A stretch of 64,000 nucleotides of DNA from Mytilus trossulus (taxonomy: Eukaryota), in NCBI RefSeq assembly GCF_036588685.1, contig NC_086380.1, forward strand, positions 71,052,001 to 71,116,000. The letters run 5' to 3'. Below the pieces are notes generated by a model, which saw nothing but the letters and a program-made list of their open reading frames with translations, had not been told where the DNA came from and made no database searches. Both the position numbers and the translations under genes were made by a program. Numbering within the stretch: position 1 is the stretch's first letter; the number at the start of each line of letters is the position of its first letter. Below are positions 25,588-37,795 of this stretch, piece by piece.

Positions 25588-26195
25588 GGTAGATGGGGTG
25601 TCTAAATTATAATCCATAGATTTTTTTAATAATTTGCCAAAATGAAGTTTAAATAATGCCTTTTAAAAAACATTGTAAAAAGAATGGGTCACCGGGCTTA
25701 TTTTCACGCTACGCAGTGTTCAAAATTGACAAATTTTGTATAGATAATACATGGAAAACCCAATTTTCTGCAATAAAGCGTAATATACACAATATAATTT
25801 TGAGATAACATATGAGAAGATGGCTTTAGTAATATGATTAAGTTAAGAAAAAGAAACAATAGGATCACCAGACCTGTTTTCTTGCTACATTATAAAATAG
25901 GTAAATTCCTAACACATTTGAGTGTAAAATAACCTTAACCTGAATTATCTTCCCTTGCATTTGAGTTGCCTCCCCTTATTTGACAAAGTTGGAAAAAAAT
26001 TGATCAAACAAAAGTTTTTCGTTTTTTGTAAAATACAACCATAAATATGATAAAACATGTAATTTTCTTTACCGAAGTGGAAGTTTTTACACATGAATTA
26101 ACTACTACTCTAAAAATTTGCACATTCTATTAAAGAACTAGACCTTGTTTTCTGGTATTTCCAAATCCAAAATGGAGAAAGACACCCTATCTACC
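25588..26195. mobile_element. TTAA-target TIR element (Kolobok-like MITE) in intron 2 of gene 5
   Basis: ttaa|GGTAGATGGGGTGTCT ... AGACACCCTATCTACC|tcaa. The paralogous site in gene 7 (~36958) is an empty tccacTTAAattgaaat. Confidence 0.82.
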
Positions 26196-26217
26196 TCAAA
26201 TTGAAATAAATTCTTAC

Positions 26218-26634
26218 TATTCAGAAGTAGTCTTTTCTCTTTCATATATTTAGTAGACAATATGTTACCAGCCTGTATCTTTTTGTGCCTAACCTTCTCG
26301 TCCCCTCTTAACAATACGGGTACATTTACAGACGAAAATGTTACTATTTCCTTTTCGTTTTGTCCGTTACCATTCGGTACGTGTACATCGGCTTCTCTAT
26401 TTTCCAACAACGTGTTAAGAATGTTCTTCATATCTCTGTTTTCCTCAGATACGGTATCTATCCTTTCTGTTAAATGTGTATTTGTCTCTAAAACTTCCTG
26501 CATTTTCCTTTTTAGGGATTTGATGTCTTTTGATTGAACATCTGTCCTCTCTTTAGATAATTGATTTTCTTCAATAGTCGTATCTAGCTTCTGTTTTACG
26601 GTCTGTAATTCCTGGTACAAACGTTCAAACTGCT
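26218..26634 (-). CDS. C1qDC gene 5, exon 2 (coiled coil + linker ending EKRLLLN)
   Basis: Acceptor tttcag|AG, donor AAT A|gtaag. 417 nt, phase 1-1, open. Confidence 0.88.
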
Positions 26635-26988
26635 CTGAAACCAGACGAACAAAAGGATTTGGTTTTTAAACATTACAATTTCTGAATTATTTGGTCTTTG
26701 ATTGTATTATTACAAAATATTTCTTAAATATATTTCAATGTTCAAGGCCAAGTGGTGAGCTATAGTCATAAACTCTATGTCACTAATGGATAGTTGTCTC
26801 AACGGCAATCATGTCATTCTTTTCATTTTTATGTTGTATTGTTCGACTGTAGTATCTTAAATAATTTATTTATCTATAAACCCATTCGCTTCAAAAGTAC
26901 ATATACTAGCAAATGATATTAAGATACAGTAGGTGGAGTTTCTTATAGAAAAAGGACCAAAATTACAATCAACTTATGTAAAACGAAC

Positions 26989-27094
26989 CTGTAACGACTG
27001 TAAACTTGTGATTGACGTCATCATTGCCTAGCACACTTGTCGATGTAGAATGGAAAGGTAGTGTTAGTAAAACGACAAATATCCACAACACCAT
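26989..27094 (-). CDS. C1qDC gene 5, exon 1 (signal peptide MVLWIFVVLLTLPFHSTSTSVLGNDDVNHKFTVVT)
   Basis: ATG at 27094, donor ACA G|gttcgt (phase 1), in frame with exon 2. Confidence 0.82.
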
Positions 27095-28669
27095 GATGTC
27101 TTTGTATTATAGATTGAGACCTAAGTTGTACATCTTATCGTCACGATTAAATATATACAGTTCAATGCAAATGTCAAGAAGATCACTATAACATTAGATA
27201 ATTCTCAAGATATATTGCAATGACCTTCATTCTCGCGTTTAAAAATTCCAGCATTGAAATTTAACGTGAAAAAGATTTCAACATTTAGATGAACAAATAA
27301 AGATAATGCAGATATTTAAGAACATAATCTCTTCATACACATTAAAAAAAGTCAACAACAAAATAGAATGTTTTAGCGCTTGAGATGTATTGCTTAAATA
27401 AAATATTATAAAGTTTATTATTGAGAAGAGAGGAAGCTATTAAACTAAGAGTTCTAAATGGTGAAGTTGAATGATTCCTTTTTTACAATCAAGAGTAGTT
27501 GTTTGACCACTAAAGAATAATTGTATCTATTTAACAGAATACGACGGATCTATTCCAATTGTTTCAACATGTGGAGCAGGATCTGTCTACCCTTCGAACT
27601 ACTGTGATCACTACTAGTTTTGTAAAATGGTATTCGTGTTGCTCTGGCTTTAGTTTTTAGTGTAATTATCTGCACTTTTTACTTGACGTGTACATATTTG
27701 ATAGGAGTTACATGAAGGATGGCATATGTGGGGCAAATATGTGTACCCGTACGTAGCACGTGAGGTTACCTTTGGTTTTGGTTGGGTCTGTCTTGCTCAG
27801 TCTTTAACGTTTCTATGTTGTGGTTTGTATATTGTACAAAGTTTTATCCTATAGACCTTTCTTTGCCATGACGTTTTCAGCTAATTTCCAACTTTTGAGT
27901 TTGAATGTCCCTCTAGTTTCCTTTGACTATTCTTTCAATGAATAATTTTTGGTATATTGAGGGTTTTTTTTATTCGCTTTTCTTTCTGTGAAATGCGCTT
28001 CATATAATGTTGATTTTTTTTTATACTTCTACTTTGTTTTGAATTTTCGCTTCTAACTGTTGCGCCACTGATCAGACTTTTCTGAACAAAACGAGTGGTC
28101 CACGTTTAAAGCTGTATGTATTCCTTCTTTCCCACAATTACTTTATACTTTTCACTTATTTCGATTAAATCAACCAATATTTTGCGTTGTCACTGATTTA
28201 ATGTACTAACGATCACGGAAATTCCTTAAACTTTAAAATGATGCTCTCAAATACCAAAACAATTGTCATAAAGAGCATCAGTTTGCTTCCTTTTCAACTA
28301 CCATTGTTTCAATCCTTCTAAATGCAGACATTGTTTATCCTCATAAGTTAAAATTGACATGTTGCTCGATAAAATAATTTGAATTTTGTTTGATTTATTT
28401 GTGTTTAGTAGTGTTGGCTAAAAGATGATTTTGTAGTAAAACTTTGCGTTGTCACATTTATGGGTAATTCTTTGTTCATGAAGCAAACAAAAACGTGTCA
28501 TGTCTTTTGTTTAATTTTCATTGTTTCGGACGTTATATGCTTATCCTAACATTTTGGTATAAGCATTTGAAAATATTATCTAGAATGCAATATATTCTGA
28601 AATGGAAAATTCAATTCGTTTCAAAAACAAAAGAAAACACAATAATAACAAGACAAGGACCTTAATGTT

Positions 28670-29088
28670 TTATACATCATAAAGAAATACACCAGTAAAT
28701 GTGTTGTAAGGACCACTTCCGTTCAAGGTAGGAGTTCCTCCATTTGCATGTCTAATCCAGACTATGTCGCCCCTCTGCAGTGAATGTACTGTTGTCTGGG
28801 TGTCCATGTCATTTCTATTATTTGAACTATACACTTGCGAAATCAGAACGCCGTTTTTTACCATTTCAATGTATGCTGTCACATCCGTTGCGGTCATAAT
28901 GGTAAACGATAACAGATAAATGCCGGTAGTAGGTACGATAAAATGACCATGTCTGACGTCATAAGAGTTCCCAATATTTGTATAGACTTTATTGTATTCA
29001 ATGACCTGATGCGTCCCAAGTAAGACGTGTCCTCCAGTTAAAGCAACACTAAATGCTACCCTAGTGATTGCTGGTGATGCTGTCGTAA
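28670..29088 (-). CDS. C1qDC gene 6, exon 3 (C1q domain); spliced product 320 aa
   Basis: Acceptor tttacag|TT. VAFSVALTGG..TNIGNSYD..FIVPTTGIYLLSF..LQRGDIVWIR..NTFTGVFLYDV-stop, open throughout. Confidence 0.93.
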
Positions 29089-31179
29089 CTGTAAATGAAT
29101 TTTAGTCTTAAAATCAAAGTTTCCACATGCATGACTGCTGTACCCATATTTTGACTATTTTATTTATTATGTCTGTTTTGTTGACGGATCGTTGTAAATA
29201 TAACGGAATTTGATGTGTCTGTCATACAAGTCAGAGGTTTATCGCTATAAAACCAGGTTCAATTCACCATTTTCTACATTCGAAAATGCCTGTATCAAGT
29301 CGATCAGGAATATGACAGTTGTTGTCTATTCGTTTGATGTGTTTGTCATTTAATTTTGTCATTTCATAAGAGACTTTCCGACTGAATTTACCTCGGAGTT
29401 CAGTTTTTTGAGATTTTAATTTTTATTAAAGTCTATGTACATAGGCAATAGATTTAAACATGATATACCGATGATTTAAAATTATAAAGTATAAGAGGGG
29501 ACTTGTTTCAACAAACGTAATACTTTTCATATTCGTTAATATGATTACTTATTCTATACCTTAACTTACGTCAGAATGTTTGCTTGTCATGTTTGGAATT
29601 GTTGTCAGATTTTCGAAATCCTCTCGTTTTATCCATTTAAATGAATTAAAAAAAATTTGCCCATGGACCCCCATTTTGCTTTTTATAAATCTTTTACATG
29701 TATAATTATAAGCCATTTGTTAAAGTCTTATAAAATCTTATGTATTTTTTAATAGATTTTGAGAACTTTAACTGGTCAAAGCTAAAGCTATGAAAAATCA
29801 AGAGAGGACATTTTCCCGCCCAAATTTCAATGGCTAATATCTCGAAAAGAAACACATTGACCCCTATATTTTTTTTTCTTTTTTCATTCTTCAATTAATC
29901 CCCTTTTAATATCAAGTATATTGAGCAGCGAACTTCCTTAAGCCACTGCTTATTGCAGTGTTTTCGGGTTATAAAAATGACAAAATTATAACAAAACATA
30001 ATTTATGTCGTGTTATTTCTAAATTATGATAACAAATTAAATAAAAAAATTTTGTTTAAAACTGTAGGATACACAATATTGATTCATTTGTCAGAAGTTT
30101 GTAGGAAAAAGCGTAACTTTGTTAAAAGAAAACAGACTTAGTTTGTTGTCTCCTGTCTACATTCCCATTTATATTCTCACAAGTGTATAAAGTTACATAA
30201 CTTTGAGAGATATGAGACATACCTTCATGAAGAATGACCAAACCAAAGCACTCGATAGCTAGTGATGTGCATGAAACGTAGTAAAATCATCAGCTTTATC
30301 ACAGTAAAGGACATGAAAGGAATAGCCAAATTCCATATTAGTTTCTCAGATCGTAATTTTTCAAAAGGAAATATAAGAAAGTGTGTTTAAAATCATGATA
30401 GTAGTGACCAACCGAATAAGCCTATTTACCGGTTTTGTACTAACCTGAGCAATAGAACGGTTGCCAAATTTACATTAACTTTCCGGAGCCTCTGAGATCC
30501 CCCCTAGTTTTTGGTGGGGTTCGTATTGCTTATTCTTTAGTTTTCGATGGTGTGTTTTGTATACTATCATTTGTCTGTTTGTCTTTTTCTTTTTTAGCCA
30601 TGGAGTTAGCAGTTTATTTTTGATCTATGAGTTTGGATATCCCTCTGGTATCTTTCGCCCCTTTTTGAAACACTAACAACCGAGATAAATATACTGGTTT
30701 GGGACCAACAGCTCACCAGCAGCAGTGCTAATTAAATACAACTGAAAGTCCATGCATCCGAACAATTTGTCTAGATTTACTTGCATCCAAATATTGATTA
30801 AATCCCAAAATTTGAAATCTAGGGTTGTAAACATACGAAGAACCGTTAGGAGCTATATGATTTTTAGAGAAATAGTCGTATTTAGCTATATTAGATTGAG
30901 AATTAAAAAAGGAAGTGTGTCAAAGAGAAAATATCCCACCCAAACCAAAGTCAACTTTGTCCAATAGAATCGAACCTTAACTTCTTGATAATTCATCAAC
31001 GAAAAATTGAAGAAAGGTAATAATTATGTTATAGTAGAAGCCTGTATTTCAGAAATAGTTTTCGGACCCTGACTTTCATTACTAAGTTAGAAAAAAATAT
31101 ATATGATAATGGAAGACCTCACATATAAAATATACTTCAAAAATAGCAAGCTAATTATGGAAATGCTAATGAGACTTAC

Positions 31180-31614
31180 ACGAATTCTGAAGGAGTCTTT
31201 TCTGTAAATGCTTATTTCTCGTCAGCATCTTGGGACTCTTTAACTTTTGGAACATCCTTATAGGTTCTTCGTTCTTACTATACAATTGTTCGTTAACGAG
31301 GGTATCATTTTCTGGTTGCAAAAAGGCCTTTTTGGTTGGTGTTTTGACTTTCCCACTTAAAGTGTCAAAGTTCCAATCTGGAAATTGAAAGTTATGTATA
31401 GTCTTTTTGATATCATAGTTCTCTTCTTCTAATGCGTTTACTCTATTTAAAAGTGCTGCATTTATCTTTGATATCGAATGTACTTTCACATGAAGTTTTG
31501 TATTATCCTTTTCTAAAGCATTTATCTTCTCCATCAATTTAACGTTCTGTTTAGTCGTCGAGTCTAGTTTGTGTTTAACCTCGTTGAGATCCTGATTCAA
31601 ATGACCAAACTGTC
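31180..31614 (-). CDS. C1qDC gene 6, exon 2 (coiled coil + linker ending QKRLLQNS)
   Basis: Acceptor ttatag|GA, donor TCG T|gtaagt. 435 nt, phase 1-1, within ORF 31166..31681. Confidence 0.88.
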
Positions 31615-31645
31615 CTATAATAAAAAGAATCAATTTTACTTTTAA

Positions 31646-32224
31646 AGGAGTAGGTCCGGTAATGGCCGAATTTGACCTCAAATTTCAGGTTCATCTTACG
31701 AAAGATTTTGAAATTTTTTTAAACACTTAAATGTCTATTTTATTTAAATAAATAAGTTAATGTGAAAGATTTTAACTGATCTAATCATAAAAAAAAACCG
31801 CACCGATTCAAGCTGATATATGAAAAATCTACCAAATATGCCTAAAAATGTAACTTTTTAGCTGTTTTTTGTCTGAAATGAAAGTGATCCGTGTTCATCC
31901 TCAACCTTTATATATGTTATGTAATATCGTCAAATACAACTTGCATTTCAATATTAAGGATTAACACGAATGCGGCCACTCTCGTTTCACACGAAAACCG
32001 TCTAGAATTTAACTAAAATGCTAGAATTGTGAAGTTTTCAGTAATTTAGCATGACTTAATGGTGCTAGTACCCGATATATGGGCATTGTATTGTCAAAAA
32101 CAGCCCATATTTATTTAGAAGAAGCATTTTACTGTGCAATAAATAACTAAAAGTTTACATTTTAGCAATTTTGTTAAACTGCTATATTTTGGGGCCAAAA
32201 AGTAGTCTTACTGGACCTACTCCT
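31646..32224. mobile_element. TIR element (Kolobok-like MITE) in intron 1 of gene 6
   Basis: ttaa|AGGAGTAGGTCCGGTAA ... TTACTGGACCTACTCCT. Absent at the paralogous site of gene 8 (~41745), which contains TTAA. Confidence 0.78.
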
Positions 32225-33179
32225 TTGTGAGTATATATCCCTCATGCTCAGCATTTTGCAATACTATTTGTCCATTTAATGTTAAAAAAAGGTTGAAGAT
32301 GCCAAATAGATTTTTCATCTTAATTCGAAGCAAAACTTAAAATCGTCATCGTAGAAAACTTAAAGACAACTAAAAGACCGCCAACTATGTACAGTTTGTA
32401 ACATAGGAAACTAAAGACTGAGCAAAACTAAGTCTTCTTTAAATGATAGTTTCCGGTAAATTATTTAAATGAAATCTATTATATGGAAAGTGAAAAACAT
32501 ACAATATATATATGTGTACGTGCAACTACATGTTTCAGTATTTATAAAGTTTAACATAACTTCCGTAACATAGATATCGGAAGATGGGGTATGAGTGCAA
32601 TAACAATAACGGTACCAATTTTTCTGCACCAAATGCGCATTTCGACAATACATGTCTCTTCAGTGATGCAATGAGACAACTCTCATTCCAAGTTACAATC
32701 TATAAAAGTAAACCACTATAGGTCAAGGTACAGCCTTGAACACAGAGCTTTGGCTCACATCGAATAGCAAGCTATAAAGGGTCTTAAAAATAACTAGGAG
32801 TAAAACCATTCAAATGGAAAAAACCAAATCTATACAAAAACAAGAAACGAGAAACATGTATGAACTACATAACCAGACGACAACTACTGTACATCAGATT
32901 CCTTACCTAGGACAGGTGCAACCATTTACAGCGGGATTAAAGGTTTTAATGGTACAAAACCTTCTTTTTTTTCTGAGACAATAATATAACATCACAACAT
33001 AAGAGAACGTTTTTAAATCCCTATTTAGACTTTTTTTAATCAGACGAGAATTTAAAGAGGGTATTTTTGTTTAATACTAACAAAACATTTTCACGCGTCA
33101 GGATTGATTAAACCCTGGTCTTTTCACTATAATAGACTGATCACATGTTATTACAAATACATAAATAAATAATATGTAC

Positions 33180-33288
33180 TCTGTAAGATACCCATTTGTT
33201 GAGTAATGTCACCAGCGTCCGAAGTTGGAGTCCCTATTGAATACTCAATATAAATTCCAAGGATCACAAGAGTAAAGTATGCAACCAT
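33180..33288 (-). CDS. C1qDC gene 6, exon 1 (signal peptide MVAYFTLVILGIYIEYSIGTPTSDAGDITQQMGILQ)
   Basis: ATG at 33288. Donor CAG A|gtacat is conserved in gene 8 (CGG A|gtacgt), phase 1. Confidence 0.78.
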
Positions 33289-36161
33289 TTTGTTTGGTCT
33301 GGTTTAAAATCAGAACGATCTGTCATGTCATATTTTATCTTGATAGGTATGTATAAGTTCATAACTAGTAGATAAGTACATGTCCATGTTTGTGTCAAAA
33401 CCTTATGTGTATGAGAGTTATATAGTAAGTGTGTAGAAACTTGTTAATTCGAGTTAGACGACAGTGGCTGTGCTGTCTGTTAACTTCGTATAGTATTAGC
33501 ACGTTTTAATTGTAGAGGTAGCAGAAAACTTGCTTTGTTTGATTTATTTGGAGAGAGAATATTCATGGAACCAAAAGGTTATCACGCACGAATACATCTC
33601 AGTGAAATCAGCATAGCTTTACATAGGCTACAAAAGTAGTTTTGAAAACATGGTATCTCGACAAAAGAGGGGGGAAGATACCAGAGGAACATTCAAACTC
33701 ATAGATCGAAAATAAACAGCCAACGTCATGGCCAAAAAAGAAAAAAGACAAACCGACCAATGTTTACCAATATCAATACTCTAACAGACTAAACATACAA
33801 ATGTATATAAATATTAGAAGATATAAAAATCATAAAGGAATACTAAATGAAAGGACTACAATTTACTAAGTTATATAGAACAACAGCCAGAACTTTGCGC
33901 AATAATGTCTAAATCGTTTTACTATTTCAATATAATGGCCGTTTAACAGTTCGACAATGTAACGTTGAACATTGGGTACAACTTCTACCCTTTCGATGGC
34001 TTTTATATGGCACCACTTACGGTAGTTACCTATTCGGCAAGAAAATTACGACAGGTAACATTTCATGGTCAACGCAGGTATAATGATAAACAGTAAATAT
34101 ATTTCTAGTATTTAAAGTTTCCTCGCTTCACAAAGTCATTATCACATTACAATTAGAAGATTAAGTTTATATCATGAACACTCCGCAAAGAGGACAGTTT
34201 GAGCAATCAATTTGTATATCATAGTAGATTTGCCGGAACTTTTCAATTTCAACTCTATTATTTCACTAACAATAAAATTAAAATGTATTTTTTGAGTTTC
34301 ATATTCAATTGCAATGAAAACCTCCTTAGTCAAGCTAGTTAAACCATGATCAGACTTTTTTTATTTCCGAAATTCCAGGGTTGTCTTCAAATAAAATTTT
34401 AAGCATTAAAACACATTTACTTATAATCCTGGTACCTTTGATTACTATTTACTTTCCTACAGGAAAAATTTTACCCAAAAGAGTCGGACTGTCTTTAAGA
34501 TCTCTTTAATTAATTTCGATATAGTTCAAGTTGTACTCCGGTTTTTGTTCATCATTGGCTTTCAAATGTTTGAATTTGAATATTTCTAATAAAGTTTAAT
34601 TTAACAATTTAACAGAACACAAAACATCTATCTACAAACACATTCATTGATTTGTGTGTCTGACGTCAGAAAATTTTATCAACACATAGATGTGTTGTTC
34701 AATGTGCATACAAACAATTTTAAAATTTACATACGGTATGTTAGCATACAGAATTAAAATCAACCAATATAATGTATACTAACCTTAGGAAGCATTTTAC
34801 CGTAGTAAGATTATGATAATACTGTAATTGAGTAAATAAAACCAGTAGATGATTAGTTTCGTGCTTTTGAAACGTTTATTTATGATTTATATTGATCATA
34901 ATCTCTCAAACAAACATTAAAAAGCCAATGATGCATAAAACTTAACCACATAAATAGCTGAAAATATAAAAAGGAACGCCAGTATACATGACATTTGTTA
35001 TCTTTTAATCATGTGTTTCTTTGTCTAACACGTTCTCCTATTTATTTGTGTTGTAGTCCTGTAATATTATGTTGTCATTTCAATCTTATATTTAATATTG
35101 CCATAAAATTGCGAGGTTTGGTATGCCACAAAACCAGGTTCAACCCACCATTTTTATCTTAAAAGTCAGGAAAATGGCCATTGTTATATCATAGTTCGTT
35201 TCTGTGTGTGTAACATTTTAACGTTGTGTTTCCGTTGTGTCGTCTTTTTATCTTATATTTGAGTGTGAATTCACATTACTATAAGACGTTTCACGGTACT
35301 TTTCTATCCCAAATTCATGAATTCGGTTTTGATTTTTTACTTGTTATTCTCATCGGATTTTGTCTAATGCTGAGTCCGTTTCTGTGTGTGTTACATTTTA
35401 ATGTTGTTTCATTGTTCTCTTCTTGTATTTAATGCGTTTCACTCAGTTTTAGTTTGTTACCCCAATTTTGTTTTTTGTTCATAGATTTACGAGTTTTAAC
35501 AGCGGTATACTACTGTTGCCTTTATTTATACTCTATTGCAAATGGGTTGACACTACTCTATGCCATCAATATATTGTTTGGGTGATGGAATATGCACTAT
35601 TCAGTGAATATCCACGTTTGCACATATCGTTAATTTAAAAAAGCTTTTTTTTTAAATTTAAGAGAGAAATGGATAAGAAACCAAGAGTCGAACAAAATAT
35701 TAATATACTATGTTCGAAATTAAAAATACAAAACGGCAGCCTTAATTCACTTACAAATTTATACGTCCAGGATAATATCATTGCAAGGAAAACAAAAATA
35801 AAGATAAACAACAGCTTACAAAACATTCCAATGAGAACTTCGGACTAAGCAGCACATGCCATGAAATTGCTAGTGATCTGAAATGTTATTGCAGTGTACT
35901 TAGTTCCAAAATGACATCCATTGTGGGAAAATATGCATTCGATGAAAATCCAGAAAACGAGGATGGTATTGTGACTGCGATTGTTACATATCAGAAGTTA
36001 TCTGTGACGCAGATATTTTATAACAGCCACTAAAACAATGATGCTAAAAAAACTTTGAAGTGAAACTAGGAGTACTAGGTCCAATACAAAAACTAAAAAT
36101 GTAAAACGCTAGAACGTCTTATATAAAAAAAAAGATAAAAGATATAAGGTTTTATTTATGT

Positions 36162-37795
36162 TTATATTGAAAACAATAGTACCCCTGTAAAGGTGTTATA
36201 TGCATCGTTTCAATTGATTTGAGCAGGTCCGCCGGGTCCGTGTCTAACCCATACGATATCACCTTTCTCAAAGACCTCTACTATTGTCTGGCTACCCATA
36301 CTATGGTCCTTAGGACTACAAAATACAATTGCAATCTCCTCACCATTTTTTACCATTTGTAGGTATACCATTTGGCCATCAACGTTCATTCCAGTGAATG
36401 ACAAGATATAGACAGTTTTTCCGGGACGATAAAATGGTTATGGGTAGCATCATAAGCATTTCCAATATTAGTGTATTATATCCAACTGTTTGGTGCTGGC
36501 CAAGTTGGACAAGCCCTCCTTTTAATTTTACAGAGAAAGCAACCCTAGATATCGCAAAAGAATCAGTCGTTACTATAAAACAATGAAACAATGAAAAAAT
36601 GTACATTGACATAAATATCACTTCGATCATTGAAAAATAATAATTTGTTTTATTAGAAATTAGTTTGTGGTACGACGGCCAATGGATGATGAGAGGTACA
36701 CCAGAAGCATCATATATATGTTAATTACAACCCTGGTGTCATTTAGATAATTTGTCGACCAAAGATAATTGTCAACAAACGAATGTTTTGATACAGTTGT
36801 TTAAAATTAAAATCGGATTTAAAAAAAAAAAAAACTTCAAAAGCTACAATTATAGAAAAACGCATTTCGTTTCGAATTTACTTAAGTGTAATTTTCTTCT
36901 AAATAGCTGTAGGTTTGAAACGTTATATATTTACTTTTTCGCTATATTATTATCCACTTAAATTGAAATAAATTCTTACAACTATTCAGAAATCTTTCCT
37001 CCTTCAGATATTCAGTTGACAATATTTTACCACCCTGTATCTTTTTGAGCTTAACCTTCTCGTCCCCTCCAAACAAAACGGGCTCATCTACAGACGAAAA
37101 TGTTACTATTTCATTTTCGTTTTGTCCGCTATCATTCGGTACGTGTACAACGGCTTCTTTATTTTCCAACAATGTGTTAATAGTGTTCTTCTTATCTCTG
37201 TTTTCCTCAGATACTGTATCTATCCTTTCTGTTAAATACGTATTTGTCTCTAAAACTTCTTGCATTTTCCCTTTTAGAGATTTGATGTCTTTTGATTGAA
37301 CATCTATCCTCTCTTTAAATAATTGATTTTCTTCAATAGTCGTATATAGATTCTGTTTGACGGTCTGACATTACTGGTGCAAACGTTCAAACTGCTCTGA
37401 AACCAGACGAACAAAAGGATTGTCTTTTAATAATTTCAACCAAAAATGTTATACGCATTCTCGGAATTGTTTGGTCTTTAATTGGATAATAACCAGATAT
37501 TTCTTAAACATAATTTAATTTTCAAGGATAAATGGTAAGCTATAGTAATAAACCTTATGTCACTGAAGGAAAGTTTCTTTTTCTATGTTGTATTGATCGA
37601 CTGTTGTATCTTATACTATATTTTTTCTATAAACCCATTCGCCTCAAAAGTAAATATACTAACAAATGATATAAGGGTTCTGGTGAGTTTTTTTTATAGA
37701 AAATGGACCAAAGTAAAAATCAACATCCCTGGTACAATTGTCAATGCGTAATGGAAAGGTATTGTTAATAAAACGATATATATCCATAACAACAT
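36162..37795 (-). pseudogene. C1qDC gene 7, pseudogene (duplicate of gene 5)
   Basis: Exon 1 lost its 3' part and donor (~55-nt deletion near 37725). Exon 2 (36980-37396) has GAA>TAA at 37371-37373 and KRLL changed to ERFL. The C1q exon (36162-36572) has a 7-nt deletion at ~36474, a further 1-nt loss and TGA at 36210-36212. Confidence 0.9.

Larger units (their letters stand above)
23700..34600. repeat. Segmental duplication unit 1 (genes 5+6)
   Basis: Collinear with ~34790-45980 through exons, introns and spacers, from agcattt.accgtagtaagatt to tatttctaataaa. Boundaries approximate. Confidence 0.88.

Noticed and set aside
33192-33288. Shorter gene 6 exon 1 using donor ATG G|gtatct
   Set aside because: That GT is TT in gene 8, while the donor 12 nt further on is conserved in both genes. 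It remains a possible minor donor.
34200-34480. NF-kB/STAT-like sites upstream of genes 6 and 8
   Set aside because: Only partial matches (ggaacttttc, gaaattcc, ttgccggaa) in AT-rich DNA. Conservation is explained by the recent duplication.
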